From Candidatus Hydrogenedentota bacterium (GTDB taxonomy: Bacteria > Hydrogenedentota > Hydrogenedentia > Hydrogenedentales > SLHB01): DNA of 64,000 bases. This document shows, piece by piece, positions 39,728 through 50,576 of this stretch (position 1 is the first letter of the stretch; the number at the start of each line of letters is the position of its first letter). The stretch spans positions 256,001-320,000 of the forward strand of contig CAXXTH010000017.1 in assembly GCA_963668025.2 (NCBI GenBank), given 5' to 3'. The notes beneath the pieces are model-generated. The model ran no database searches, was not told where the DNA came from, and worked only from the letters and a program-made list of their open reading frames with translations. A program made the translations under genes and the position numbers.

Positions 39728-40291
39728 TCATATGCCGCTTGGTTTCAAGCTGGCCGCGTCCGCGGCAATTTGCACTGCTAAATCCTCCATAGCTCGCGAG
39801 AGGGCCTTCGCCACTTCAGCGGGCTGGGGCGCGGCGGCGGGAATGCTGGCTTCATACGTGCGTTCCAACAGGGGATGCTCTTTAGGGCCAGCTCCCGGAG
39901 CGCGGATTTTGATAGCCAGTTTCACATGGGCCTGCGCGGAGCCATCTTCCAGGTCTGCCTGCTCGAAGGCGAGAACGGTTCCGCTGACTTGCAGCGCCTC
40001 CGGCGTAGCGGGATCGCCGAATTCGGCCTGTAGTTTTTGCGCCGCCAGCTCCGCCACGGGCGCGGCCCAATAGTCGCGGGCATAATATTCGACCTCGACC
40101 GGCGTGGCTTGAATGAGGATGGCGCTGCGTTCCAGCGGCTCAGCGGCGTCCAGGCGTTCAACACGCAAGGGGCAAAGATTTAATGCTTTTCCGGACGGAC
40201 GGAAATCGAGCGTATAATATTTCGGCGCTAATGGTTCTGTTGCACAGCCTACGGCCAGAAAGGCCAGTGCAACTGCAAGCATCCGCTCCAT
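39728..40291 (-). CDS. ABC-type transport auxiliary lipoprotein (PqiC-like)
   Basis: Lipobox LAVGC, PKYYTL, YY..DYWAAP; lies downstream of the MCE gene. Confidence 0.75.
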   Translation of the reverse strand: MERMLAVALAFLAVGCATEPLAPKYYTLDFRPSGKALNLCPLRVERLDAAEPLERSAILIQATPVEVEYYARDYWAAPVAELAAQKLQAEFGDPATPEALQVSGTVLAFEQADLEDGSAQAHVKLAIKIRAPGAGPKEHPLLERTYEASIPAAAPQPAEVAKALSRAMEDLAVQIAADAASLKPSGI

Positions 40292-40417
40292 GCTACTATC
40301 TCCCAAAAAATTAGGTGTATTGCATTTTTTGCGATACTGCATCTATTCAATCATTGCGCCCTACATTCACTTCTCATTAGCTCAAAATGACTTCATGATA
40401 ATGTCTATTCCATGAGT

Positions 40418-40867
40418 CTATTCCTGCCTTTCTTTCAAACGTGTGCGTGCCTCACTAAGCTCGCTCTCTGTGAGAAAAGGCCAATATGGGCCAATCCCTA
40501 ATAAAGGCACGTTAGTTAGTAATTCTCTTTTGATCCATGCCCTAAACCGCCTTTGAACAGGCCATTCATGCCATCTATACGGTGTCAAGGAATCAAGAAA
40601 GAGAATGATTCTCTCAATGTATTCTCGTTCCCCTTTTCGCCCGCTGAATCCTTTGTCACGAAAGAGAGTCGTGTCGTAATCGAAAGTTAATTGAAAAAAA
40701 ATCTCACGAATTCCAGAATCTTCGGATTTGGTGAAAGCAGATGCGTGTTTCCCTACAGGAATATCCTCAGTTAAGGTATCCATCGATATCTTCATGTCTA
40801 GATACTGGCGCAGTCTCTCCGAAAGCACCTTTCTGGCCGCAATGTCTATAATATCAGGTAATCCCAT
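40418..40867 (-). CDS. Low-GC hypothetical protein, possible immunity-type protein
   Basis: 149 aa; TAATG overlap with the upstream short ORF; ERIILFLDS..YRW..W and YWPF motifs. Confidence 0.5.
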   Translation of the reverse strand: MGLPDIIDIAARKVLSERLRQYLDMKISMDTLTEDIPVGKHASAFTKSEDSGIREIFFQLTFDYDTTLFRDKGFSGRKGEREYIERIILFLDSLTPYRWHEWPVQRRFRAWIKRELLTNVPLLGIGPYWPFLTESELSEARTRLKERQE

Positions 40868-41054
40868 TACCAGCAGTCCCATACTGCGTGACCAATCCGG
40901 AAAGACTGAAAAGCACCCTCAGCAATAATGCCTATCTGGCCTATGCGAACAACTCTACCTGCAATCGGTAGTTTACATTTCCACATATTATCGAAATCAT
41001 GAAGGATCGAGTGTGCTCGCTCTACTATTTCACCTGGGAGTTTTTCCTTATTCA
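40867..41054 (-). pseudogene. Possible orphan toxin C-terminal fragment
   Basis: Short low-GC ORF ending GRVVRIGQIGIIAEGAFQSFRIGHAVWDCW, translationally coupled to the next gene; 5' boundary approximate. Confidence 0.3.
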
Positions 41055-41480
41055 TCCCCGATGCAACCCATCGCGTTCCTTGCTCTATTCTACGCATAAT
41101 GAATATCCCCCGCAAAGCCGGGGCTTTATAATGAGAGCCGCTCAAAGCGGCTATTCGGGGACGCTAACGCGGCCCCGACTAAATAATTTAGTGTATTTCG
41201 TACTACTATCTGGAAAAACGTTGTTTTCTTGCAACGATTTTGCCTATAACACAAATCATATCAAATAGTTACGGGATATATTTTTTCTTGTGCCGTGGTA
41301 TGGGCGAGACGCCCATACCACGGGAGTTGCAAAAACATTCTAGAGGATATATTTGCATTCATTCGCGTTCATTCGCGGTAAAAAAACTAAACGCTTTGGT
41401 TGCGCCTACGCAACGCTGTGTATTTCGTAGTTTAAAATCCGGATCGTTAGTTGCGGCTATGCCGCGTTAAGCATTTCGTC

Positions 41481-42506
41481 CTATTCCGTGGCCCGTCCGG
41501 CAGGCTCGACACCACGGATGAGCGATTGCGGATTCGTGGAAACGCCGCGGGTGAACTCTTTCGCGTTGAAAGCGGCTTCCCGCAGATCCCGCACCAGCCG
41601 TTCGAGTTCCGGGCGGTTTTCCTCGAGGGCGCCCCGCGCCTCCGCGCTCATCGCATCGGCGTTCCGCATCGTAGACTCCAATGAATTCGCGATGGCGTCA
41701 AGGCGTCCGGCCACCGCCTGAACCTGCCGCAGAATCGCATCCGTGCGGGCCGCGGCGGACTTGGCCGTTTCGACGGCCCCCCGCGCGCCTTCCACCGAGC
41801 CGCGAATGTCGCCACGATTCTCCGCAATCACGGTATTGAGCTGCTCCATAAGCCCCTTAGCGCCTTGCTCGATTTCCTCCAGCCGCGCAATGGTGGCCGA
41901 TATCTTCTCGCGGTTATCCGACATAAGCCCGCGCATATCGCTGATAGCGCCGTCCACATTATGCAGCACCTCGGGGATAGCGATGGGATGGCCGTTTTTG
42001 TTTGCCGCCGGATCCGCGCCGATGAGGCGCTTCAAGCCGTCCAGCAATTCGGCCATTTTTCCGCTTACTTGGTTGGCGGTTCCGAACAGGTCACGCTGCT
42101 GGCTGGGCACTTCAGAACCGTTCGGCAGCACTTCCGCCGCTGGTTCGCCGGTGCTCACTTCGAGATGCTTGGCCGCCGTCAAAGTCGTCTGGGAGACATA
42201 ACATATGCTGGTGGTGTTGATGGGCGTGCCAGCGGCGACATCAAATTCGACCCGCACGCGCGTACGGTCCTCGGGATCAAGCCGGACCGCCGCCACGCGG
42301 CCCGCTTTTGCGCCTCCGAAGCGCACATCCGCGCCTTTATCCAGGCCAAGGGTGTCGTGAAACGTGGCGTAATACGAGGAAACCGCTTTCGGCGTGCGCA
42401 GGCCGTAGATGCCTGCGGCGAATAGCGCGAACAGGGCAAGGCTTGTGAGCACCATGAGCCCCGCTTTGATCTCGGTCCATGTATAATTCGATTTGGCTGC
42501 TGGCAT
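41481..42506 (-). CDS. MlaD/MCE-domain protein with long helical C-terminus (PqiB-like)
   Basis: EIKAG plus TM, GLDKGADVRFGGAKAGRV, coiled-coil region, NPQSLIRG end. Confidence 0.9.
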   Translation of the reverse strand: MPAAKSNYTWTEIKAGLMVLTSLALFALFAAGIYGLRTPKAVSSYYATFHDTLGLDKGADVRFGGAKAGRVAAVRLDPEDRTRVRVEFDVAAGTPINTTSICYVSQTTLTAAKHLEVSTGEPAAEVLPNGSEVPSQQRDLFGTANQVSGKMAELLDGLKRLIGADPAANKNGHPIAIPEVLHNVDGAISDMRGLMSDNREKISATIARLEEIEQGAKGLMEQLNTVIAENRGDIRGSVEGARGAVETAKSAAARTDAILRQVQAVAGRLDAIANSLESTMRNADAMSAEARGALEENRPELERLVRDLREAAFNAKEFTRGVSTNPQSLIRGVEPAGRATE

Positions 42507-42532
42507 GGATTCACCATGGTTGCGCGGGCCGG

Positions 42533-43336
42533 TCAATCACCGGTCAGCGACGCGATATACATTTCGTTATCCTGTTCCTCTTCTTCGTTAGGCCTGCGTT
42601 GAAAAAATTGCTGGACGAATGGCTCGTTGGAGCGGCGCACCTCGTCCAGTGTGCCCATCGCCGCGATCCGCCCGCCAGGCCGCAGCATGCACACGCGGTC
42701 CGCGATCACCTCGACACTGGACATTTCATGCGTCACCACGACGCTGGTCAGATTAAACGTCTGCTGCATCTTGCGAATCAACACATCGAGATCGGCCGCC
42801 ACAATGGGATCAAGCCCTGCGGAAGGCTCATCATAAAAAATGATTTCGGGGTCCATGGCCATGGCCCGGGCCAGGCCCGCCCGCTTGCGCATGCCGCCGC
42901 TCAGTTCCGATGGCAGAAAATGCTCAAATCTCCCTAAGCCTACCAGTTCCAGTTTGATCTTGGTCATGATGTCGATGGTGGATTCTTCAAGTTTCGTATG
43001 CTCGCGCAACGGCAGGGCCACGTTGTCCGCCACGGATAATGAATTGAGCAGCGCCGACCCCTGGAAACACATGCCCATGCGCCGCCGGAAAGGCATGAAT
43101 TGCTCGTCATTCATGCATGCGATATCTTGGCCATTCATGAGGATTTGCCCGGCATTAGGGCGCAACAGGCCCACCAGCGTGCGCAACAACGTGCTCTTGC
43201 CGCATCCGCTGCCGCCGAGGATTACAAAGATCTCCCCACGCCGCACATCGAAGCTGATTCCATCGAGCACGGTGCGTTCGCCATATTTCACGCTCAGGCC
43301 GCGCACCTCGATGATGTTGCTGTCGGCCTCGGCCAT
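42533..43336 (-). CDS. mlaF: MlaF-family ABC ATPase
   Basis: GGSGCGKST, LSGGMRKRAGLARA, YDEPSAGLDP, VVVTHE. Confidence 0.9.
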   Translation of the reverse strand: MAEADSNIIEVRGLSVKYGERTVLDGISFDVRRGEIFVILGGSGCGKSTLLRTLVGLLRPNAGQILMNGQDIACMNDEQFMPFRRRMGMCFQGSALLNSLSVADNVALPLREHTKLEESTIDIMTKIKLELVGLGRFEHFLPSELSGGMRKRAGLARAMAMDPEIIFYDEPSAGLDPIVAADLDVLIRKMQQTFNLTSVVVTHEMSSVEVIADRVCMLRPGGRIAAMGTLDEVRRSNEPFVQQFFQRRPNEEEEQDNEMYIASLTGD

Positions 43337-43699
43337 CCCGCTTCTCCCCTTCGACCTTGCATGAAGCGTACTCGATTATTCGAAGGATTTCAAAGACGAA
43401 CAACCGCCATGCAAGGCCATATTACCTCATTCCGGCCAGCCGGCTTGAACGGTGGGGCACGCCTGGCCCTGCTTTAAGGGCGGTTTTGCCGTTTTGTAGG
43501 GTGGAGCTTGCCCCACCGGTTCGGGAAGAGCCCGCCAAAATATCCGGCATGGATTGTAAGGCGCAGCAAGTTTATATACTTTGGTTTACACGAGAAATTT
43601 TCTCAAGAAAACCAGAATAGCTGTTATCAGTACAAGAACCGCAAAAAGGAGCGCCTCTTTCATACGTCTCTTGTGCCCGGTGGATTGTCTGTTGAAACA

Positions 43700-45724
43700 T
43701 TACAGCTCCCGCTCGAAGGGCGGTATGGCCTTCTGGGGTAGATTGACAGCCTCCGGGTTCAGTTTGGACGCGCCCAGGCTAAAGGCCCAGTACATGCTTT
43801 CGTTCCAAATCATCCCATTTCCATCATTCACGGGCTTGATGCGAATGGATATCTTTTTCTTGCCCTTTGTGTAAGAAGATGGAATGAAGAACTCATCTTC
43901 AAGCCATCTGGCCTGGGGATTTCCGTCCGCATACAACCAGAGCCGTTCTGATACCCGTTTCCCATCCACAAACACGGCGGCCCGCTGGCCATTCTTCGAC
44001 TGGTCCGATCTCCTGCGCAAAAGTACGCCCTGGTTCTCTGGGGCAATCCGAATCACAAATTGGCTCTGTCCGGCGAGTGTTCGGCCATTATCGGTGATCG
44101 AGACCTCATCGAACTCCCCTTCAAGCGCGGAAGTTAGCTCCCACACAACAGACTCGGGGGCCCGATATTCATGCGCCGCTTCCGAATCGGAATCGCCCAC
44201 ATCCATAAAGTCTGTCAACGCCATGGCCGGTTCTGGTTCTCCATACCAGAATACCAATCCCGACCGGATGTCCGTGCCGGACTCATCACCCATGCCGCCT
44301 TCCACGGTCATGCGTAAATGGGTGCGAAATGGGTAGCAATCACCCATGAGCAGGCGCAACATCGACCAGGAGGCATTGTTCGTACCGTCGTAACTCGATG
44401 CAGGATTGGCTTGGGGCGGGAACTCGAATCCCCAGCCATAACAAGACCAGGATTCCGAGCCATCACTTTCAATCGAAGGGGTGCCGCAGCCGTCGATATG
44501 CACCCGGACATCCCCTTCGCACATGGATTTCTCCGCACTAATCAATCCTGCAACCACATGTCCGTTGCCAGAGATTTCCGCCACATGGGAGTCACGGCCC
44601 GCTTGTTTTGGCGTCATTGGCTGGTACGCCGAGGCCCGGAAGTGGCCTGTGCGAGCCTGCGGATACGCCAATGCCGAAGATGGCTTGAAGTCCACCGTGC
44701 CCGTTATGCTGAGTTCACTCTCGCCACGGTTTTCAAATTCCACCTTAGCGGATTTCCAGAACGGCATGGGCCAATAGTTGTACATCGTCCCGTCGGCGGT
44801 GACACCCTGTATCAACGTTTGCAAACGGTTCAGTCCGAACTCATTTCCAAAGAAAGCGCCCACCGGGCATTCGACCGCCGGTGTGGCTTCTCCATCCCAA
44901 GTGATTTTGAGCCAGAGTTCCCCGAGCGACGCCCGGTTCATAGGCTCAAGGCGCATGTGGATGGAGGCGAGACTGCCTTCGCCCGGCTGTTCGAAAATCG
45001 TCTGCATGGTATGAGCCGGAAGCGTTTTTTCGAAAGCGGCCTGCTGGTTGCCGGTGCGAGGTTTGGGATCTTCGCCGAGGCGCTTCCACATTCCGAGCAG
45101 GGCTTCCATATCCTCTTTGCCGGTGAACGAGCGCACGCCCTTGGCGTTCGGATAACTATGCCAGATGGCGTGTCCCCAGCCGCCCCCGGTCGTATCGTTG
45201 CCCTGGAGTTTGATGGATGAGGTAATCCGCAGCGACTTCGAAAACGGCATGGGACAGAAACTGCGAACGATTTGGAAGTCGATCGTTTTCAACCGCGCAT
45301 CTTTCGCTGCATCCGGCTGGAATTTATCAACCAGCGGCGCGATAAATGGAGGTTTGCTTCCGAACTCCGAATGCTTGATCTCAAAAACCGGTGACACGCC
45401 GCCGTCAATGTAAAATCGGTACACCGGATCGGAATGGCCAACCGCATGGTGGACCACGAAGTTCCACAGGCAACCCGGGCCTTCCGCCTCGGCAATCACC
45501 CATTCCTGGGTGCTCGTGTCCTGGTAGAGACACCAGTTCCAATCCGCATTCTTGCCCTGCTTGTCGATACTCCCTTCGTAATGGACCTGCACATCTGGCC
45601 GCAATAACGGCATCTGTTCAATATGGGTTAATTGCTCCAATCCCCTTTGGGGCATTTCATCCGCCCATATAGCCGAGATGGATAGCCCGGCACACATGAT
45701 TGCTCCGACGATTTTCATGCCCAT
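43700..45724 (-). CDS. Secreted DUF2961-domain protein (GH172-related)
   Basis: Signal peptide; twin EGPG/EG.G modules, ECPVGAFFG, YWPMPF.KSA, EGDVRVHIDG..DGSE. Confidence 0.7.
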   Translation of the reverse strand: MGMKIVGAIMCAGLSISAIWADEMPQRGLEQLTHIEQMPLLRPDVQVHYEGSIDKQGKNADWNWCLYQDTSTQEWVIAEAEGPGCLWNFVVHHAVGHSDPVYRFYIDGGVSPVFEIKHSEFGSKPPFIAPLVDKFQPDAAKDARLKTIDFQIVRSFCPMPFSKSLRITSSIKLQGNDTTGGGWGHAIWHSYPNAKGVRSFTGKEDMEALLGMWKRLGEDPKPRTGNQQAAFEKTLPAHTMQTIFEQPGEGSLASIHMRLEPMNRASLGELWLKITWDGEATPAVECPVGAFFGNEFGLNRLQTLIQGVTADGTMYNYWPMPFWKSAKVEFENRGESELSITGTVDFKPSSALAYPQARTGHFRASAYQPMTPKQAGRDSHVAEISGNGHVVAGLISAEKSMCEGDVRVHIDGCGTPSIESDGSESWSCYGWGFEFPPQANPASSYDGTNNASWSMLRLLMGDCYPFRTHLRMTVEGGMGDESGTDIRSGLVFWYGEPEPAMALTDFMDVGDSDSEAAHEYRAPESVVWELTSALEGEFDEVSITDNGRTLAGQSQFVIRIAPENQGVLLRRRSDQSKNGQRAAVFVDGKRVSERLWLYADGNPQARWLEDEFFIPSSYTKGKKKISIRIKPVNDGNGMIWNESMYWAFSLGASKLNPEAVNLPQKAIPPFEREL

Positions 45725-46199
45725 TGCTGCTCTCCCAACGTTGCTATAGTTGCACTTAGGATATGAATCCCGGTCTTCATTTAACACGAGGCAAGTAAGT
45801 ATACTCAGTATGCTCAAATAAGGCCTGGAACGCAACTCCTCCATTTTCCTCATATAAAAGCATTCTAAGAAAATTCGCCGCCTCCTAAAAGGGAAGCGCC
45901 TGATGTATGTTATTTATCCACACGCGGATCGTAGATAAATTAAAATCAACCCCGAATTGGCCTCAAGAGGCACAAAAGACGCAAGAATCAGATCATTTTT
46001 GTGTCTTTTGCGCCTTTTGTGGCTCATTCTCAGGAAAGGTGGGGAGTAACGCTTCAGATAGGCTTGGACAAACAAACACAAATACTCTGATAAGAGGGGA
46101 AAGCACTGTTTTTTTGATGCGATTGCCCGTAGATAAAAAGCTGTTTCCCCGTCATAGCGGCATGATGGTATGATAGGGGCTGGAGGAGATGAAGGTTTC

Positions 46200-47372
46200 A
46201 TGATGCGATTGATACAACGAAACTCTATCTGGAGTTTGATTGTTGCCGCGTGCATGTGTGCGGGCTGTTTTCCCGTGTCGGATGCGGTGCCAAATAAAGA
46301 AAAAGAAGACGCGAAAAGCCGTATTACGTATACCTATGGTCCAGAACAATTTACCATTCCCCAGCCGGCGCCAGCGCCGGATACATCCGCCCAAACGCCA
46401 ACGGAGCAGGTTCCGGTATCGGATGTAAATCCTCCCGCGCCGATTCCAGACGGCGGTGCCGCATCAGTCGAAGCCCCTGTTACGGTAGAAGCCCCTGGGG
46501 AGGCGGCTTCCACGGAGACGCCCGGCGGTGCGTTTGCATCGGGCGAGGGAACGGCCACGCTCGATCCGGCGGTGGCGGATTACTGGCTCGCTTTGGCGGA
46601 GGATATTGATACGATGCGGGAACAGCTCACTGGGCTGACCCAGCGCGTCGAGCGGCTCGAACAGAAAAACAACGATATGCTGAATTCCATGGTGTCTGAT
46701 TTGAAGGACCAGAATCGGCAGCTCGTGCAGGAGCTTCAGCGTTTATATGCTAATTTCCCCACTAATGGAGGGTATACGCCGCCGCCACAGCTTCCAGCGG
46801 GAGCCGCCATGGCGAGGATGGAGCCTGGCGCTACAGGGATACCGGCGGCGCATGCGCCGGGCTCCGAGCCGATTTCCGCCGTGGCCACCCCATCGAACGG
46901 GATCGTGCAATACCGCATCTTGAGCGAATGGGGCCGGACGCCGGAAGAGGCGGAACGCGATCCCAATCTGAGCTCCCAGAAAAATATGGTCTGTATTGTA
47001 CCGCAGGAGAGCACGGGCGCTTCATTGGAAGCTCTTGGAAAACAAATAAGCGAGCAATTCAAGACATATCAGAATCTGAACATCCAGGTGTTTGACGACG
47101 CAGGCGCGGCAAAGAGCTATTATGAACAAAACGCCGAACCTGGACCGCATCGGGTGTTAGCCGTCGTGAAAAACAAGGCCACAACAGCTTCCGTTCAGGT
47201 ATACCGCCAGGAAACGCCTGCACAACCACCTGCCACACCGGCGGCTCCCGCGCCAGAGGCCTCGCCGGAAGCCAGTCCTTCCGCGTCGCCGCTCGTGCCG
47301 GTGGCCCCTTCCGAGCCAGCGGCTCAGCCTTCCGCCGCGCCGCCTATTACCGAAGCCAAACCGGCATCATAA
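46200..47372 (+). CDS. Pro/Ala-rich hypothetical lipoprotein with coiled coil
   Basis: Lipobox CAGC; low-complexity linkers; coiled coil LTQRVERLEQ. Confidence 0.65.
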   Translation: MMRLIQRNSIWSLIVAACMCAGCFPVSDAVPNKEKEDAKSRITYTYGPEQFTIPQPAPAPDTSAQTPTEQVPVSDVNPPAPIPDGGAASVEAPVTVEAPGEAASTETPGGAFASGEGTATLDPAVADYWLALAEDIDTMREQLTGLTQRVERLEQKNNDMLNSMVSDLKDQNRQLVQELQRLYANFPTNGGYTPPPQLPAGAAMARMEPGATGIPAAHAPGSEPISAVATPSNGIVQYRILSEWGRTPEEAERDPNLSSQKNMVCIVPQESTGASLEALGKQISEQFKTYQNLNIQVFDDAGAAKSYYEQNAEPGPHRVLAVVKNKATTASVQVYRQETPAQPPATPAAPAPEASPEASPSASPLVPVAPSEPAAQPSAAPPITEAKPAS

Positions 47373-47487
47373 TATTCCCAGAAAAAACCATTGTTTAAGT
47401 AAAATACTTTCCGTGGCATGGGTGCCCCGGCCCAAGCCTCGGGAGCGGGAAAACCATTTATTTTTCTGCATACAATCTGGAACCGCT

Positions 47488-48438
47488 CTAGATCTCGTCT
47501 TTTGTCCAGATCTGCCGATCTATGTGCGGGAGATATTCCGACCATGCCTGACCGCGGCTTCGGGTTTCTTCGATGACCCGGGAAATCGCGTTCGCCTGCG
47601 CATCCAAGTTATCGATGTGGTAGAGCACGATGGCTTCGATGGTTTTAGGCACAATGGGAGACCCATTCAGCAATTCGCCGTGGTGCGCCAGAATGCAATG
47701 GAGCAGTTGCAGACGGAGCTTCTCCGGAAAACCTTCGATCCGGCGGATGCGCTCTTCCACCATGCTCACGCCGATGGCGAGATGCCCGAGAAGCTTGCCC
47801 GCCGTGGTGTAATCCACACAGAGGTCGTGGCTCATTTCTTCGATCTTTCCCGCATCGTGAAATAGAATGCCCGCCATCAACACATCGCGGTCGATATTCG
47901 AATATAACGCACACATCGTTTCCGCCACGCGGGCCATTTCGTAACAATGCAATACCAGCCCGCCAGGAAAGGCGTGATGCCATTTTTTCCCTGCCGCCGC
48001 CGCAACGAAGCGCTGCATGAAGGACTCGTCATCTAGAAAGCCTTGGACCAATTCGAGGAGATGGGGATTGCGAATCGACTCGAGAAACGCCTTGAATTTA
48101 GCGAGTATTTCCGGCGTATTTTCAAGGGCTTGCACCAAGTCCGCCGTGTCGTATTCGCCTTCCCGGAGCGGCAAGACCTGATCAACCCGGACTTGCAGCC
48201 GGTCCTGATAACTGGTGATGGAGCCTCGCACATTCACGACATCACCCACCTCGAAGAGCTGGGCGACGGACGCCGCATTATTCCAGAGGATGCCTCCGAT
48301 GTCGCCGGAACGGTCTTTAAACACCATGCCGAGAAACTTGCCGCCGTTTTGCTGGGTGCGCAGATCTTTACGTGTCGCCACGAAATAATCGTTGACCAAG
48401 TCGCCTTCCTGCAGCATGTCTACAAATTGCCGCTTCAT
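47488..48438 (-). CDS. yhaM: 3'-5' exoribonuclease YhaM/Cbf1 family (OB fold plus HD domain)
   Basis: DRSGDI..LW OB fold; AAGKKWHHAFPGGL..H; FHDAGKIEE; LLGH; ILAHHG; DNLDA. Confidence 0.88.
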   Translation of the reverse strand: MKRQFVDMLQEGDLVNDYFVATRKDLRTQQNGGKFLGMVFKDRSGDIGGILWNNAASVAQLFEVGDVVNVRGSITSYQDRLQVRVDQVLPLREGEYDTADLVQALENTPEILAKFKAFLESIRNPHLLELVQGFLDDESFMQRFVAAAAGKKWHHAFPGGLVLHCYEMARVAETMCALYSNIDRDVLMAGILFHDAGKIEEMSHDLCVDYTTAGKLLGHLAIGVSMVEERIRRIEGFPEKLRLQLLHCILAHHGELLNGSPIVPKTIEAIVLYHIDNLDAQANAISRVIEETRSRGQAWSEYLPHIDRQIWTKDEI

Positions 48439-48615
48439 TCATCCTCCTGAATCTATGTTCGAGCGTATCGCGGTATGCTTCGCGCATGGCTATGCAAACG
48501 CCCAGCCTATCCTTTTTCGGGGAGCGCATGCAAACAACGGGGGGCCGGTATATGCCTCAACGCGCACAAGCGTTATGGGGAGAGCCGCCTTTTCGGCCGG
48601 CCGGCGCAAGCCAGC

Positions 48616-49554
48616 TCATTTCTTCTTTTCATTCTCTTTACGCCAGTCCAGCAGAAAAGCAACACTCGGAAGCTGCCGGATGCGAATGCAGAGTTCCAGC
48701 GGGTTTTCTTTGTTTTTATCTTTAATCTTCAAGCTTGCCCCTGCATTCAGCAGGGCTTGCATCGCCGTGGTAAGGCAGCGTTCAGAAGCGTAATGAAGCG
48801 GGGTGCGCCCTTGAATATCCTGGCGGTTCACATCAGCTCCAAAATTGATGAGCTGGACGACGGCCTCTCCGCTGCCCTGGGTGCATGCATAATGCAGCGG
48901 CGTTAAGCCTAATGAATCCGTGTCGTTTACATTTGCTCCATGGGTGCATAACAGTTTGACGAATTCTGGCGAGCCCTTTGCGCCCAGGCTCAAGGCCAGC
49001 GCCAATGGGGTAAGCCCAGCTCCATTGCGCACATTTGGATTAGCCCCGTATTCCATCAGCAATCGCGCGGCGCTGAGCCGGTCAAGCTGGACAGCCCAAA
49101 TGAGCGGCGCAGGCTCGTTTGTTTCCTGGGAGGGCTCGATAGGCGCGCCATGCTCCAGGAGCACTTGCGTGGGCCCCGTCGTATCACTCTCGATGGCCAC
49201 CAACAGGGGGCTGCGCTGCATGCTATTTCCGTCTTCTTGGATGAACGATAACGGCCGCGCAAGGTCTAAACCGCCATCAATCAACGCTTCCACCAGCTCG
49301 GGATATCGGCTGCAAAGAGCCGCCGCCGCCACGGGCCCCTGCACGGTTGTGCCCACATATTTTAATGCGGCGGTATCGTAAGGACCGGCCCCTAAAAACA
49401 AGTGCTTGCGCACATCTTGCACATCATTCGCGCGTATTGCTTCGATAAGGGTAGGATGCGCGGGCTTGAGGAGCTTATAGGCCAAGAATGCGCCGCCGAG
49501 TAAGAAAATAACCGCCAGAATGGCCGCCACTACCGTGCGTTTGCGTAATTTCAT
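48616..49554 (-). CDS. Membrane-anchored ankyrin-repeat protein
   Basis: N-terminal TM; GLTPLALA, GLTPLHYA, GRTPLHYA; GANVN/GADVN. Confidence 0.85.
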   Translation of the reverse strand: MKLRKRTVVAAILAVIFLLGGAFLAYKLLKPAHPTLIEAIRANDVQDVRKHLFLGAGPYDTAALKYVGTTVQGPVAAAALCSRYPELVEALIDGGLDLARPLSFIQEDGNSMQRSPLLVAIESDTTGPTQVLLEHGAPIEPSQETNEPAPLIWAVQLDRLSAARLLMEYGANPNVRNGAGLTPLALALSLGAKGSPEFVKLLCTHGANVNDTDSLGLTPLHYACTQGSGEAVVQLINFGADVNRQDIQGRTPLHYASERCLTTAMQALLNAGASLKIKDKNKENPLELCIRIRQLPSVAFLLDWRKENEKKK

Positions 49555-49922
49555 ATCGCCACCCAGGTCATTTGCCCGAGGCCGTCCTAGCGCGCCCAAG
49601 CGCGCACGCATGCCTGCCGAGCCGCACTGCATTTTTCAGCACAAAGACACTAAGACACAACAATAATTATATCTTTTTGTGCCTTAGTGTCTTTGTGCTA
49701 AATGAATAGATACGCCTTTTTTTCTAAAAACGGCGGCAACCCTACACGGCGCCGCTCTTCTTACGCCGATGCGGAGCCATTAAATATCTGGTAAATCCAA
49801 TCCAGAATAAATTGCAGGAACGTGACAAAAAATGAGGTCCATAGCCAATCTATCATGCCGCTTACTCCTTTTTTGAGCCGGCCTGCGTGCAAGCCGACTA
49901 ATTGTTACCTGCAATCTAGCGC

Positions 49923-50576
49923 CTATTCCGCTTCGACGATGGTAATAAGGTTTTCCTTGATCATCGTAGCGGCATGTTGGCCGTTATACACCGTTAAGGT
50001 TACGGTGTAGACGCCTGGCTCGCTATAATAATGCTTGGGATTCTGCCTATACGACAGTTCGGAGGAATCGCCAAAATCCCACACCCACGTTTGAATGTTG
50101 GATTGGTCCGATGCGACAGCCGACTTATCGGTGAACTGAATGAACTGGCCTACGGACACTTGGGTGTTGTTTGCCGAGAAGTTTGCCACGATATGCGCGC
50201 GGGCGGTTACACTCACGGTGCGTGATTCCACGCCTTCGGCACTGACCGTAAGCTCGGCTGCGCTGGTGATGCTCGTGAGCTTGTCGCGATCCACGGCGAC
50301 GGTGATCGTAACAGGATCTTGCGGGCCGGTGCTCGTGCCAGTGGCGGGATAAACGGACGCCCACCCAGCGCTGCTCGATACGGTGAATGGATTGAGCGGT
50401 TTCGAGGTGTAGACATTTGAAACGGTAAATGTGGCGGAATTGGAGTCTGCGTCGATATCGAGGCTCGTGGGGCTAACAATAATGGCTGGCGCATAAGCCG
50501 GAGGATCGCTCGGACAGCCTACGAACACTACCGCGCATATGGCGGCGCTTACCCATAACTTGTGCATCCCTGTCAT
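49923..50576 (-). CDS. Lipoprotein with BACON-like and PKD domains
   Basis: Lipobox FVGC; WVWDFGD..QNPKHYYSEPGVYTVTLTV. Confidence 0.8.
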   Translation of the reverse strand: MTGMHKLWVSAAICAVVFVGCPSDPPAYAPAIIVSPTSLDIDADSNSATFTVSNVYTSKPLNPFTVSSSAGWASVYPATGTSTGPQDPVTITVAVDRDKLTSITSAAELTVSAEGVESRTVSVTARAHIVANFSANNTQVSVGQFIQFTDKSAVASDQSNIQTWVWDFGDSSELSYRQNPKHYYSEPGVYTVTLTVYNGQHAATMIKENLITIVEAE

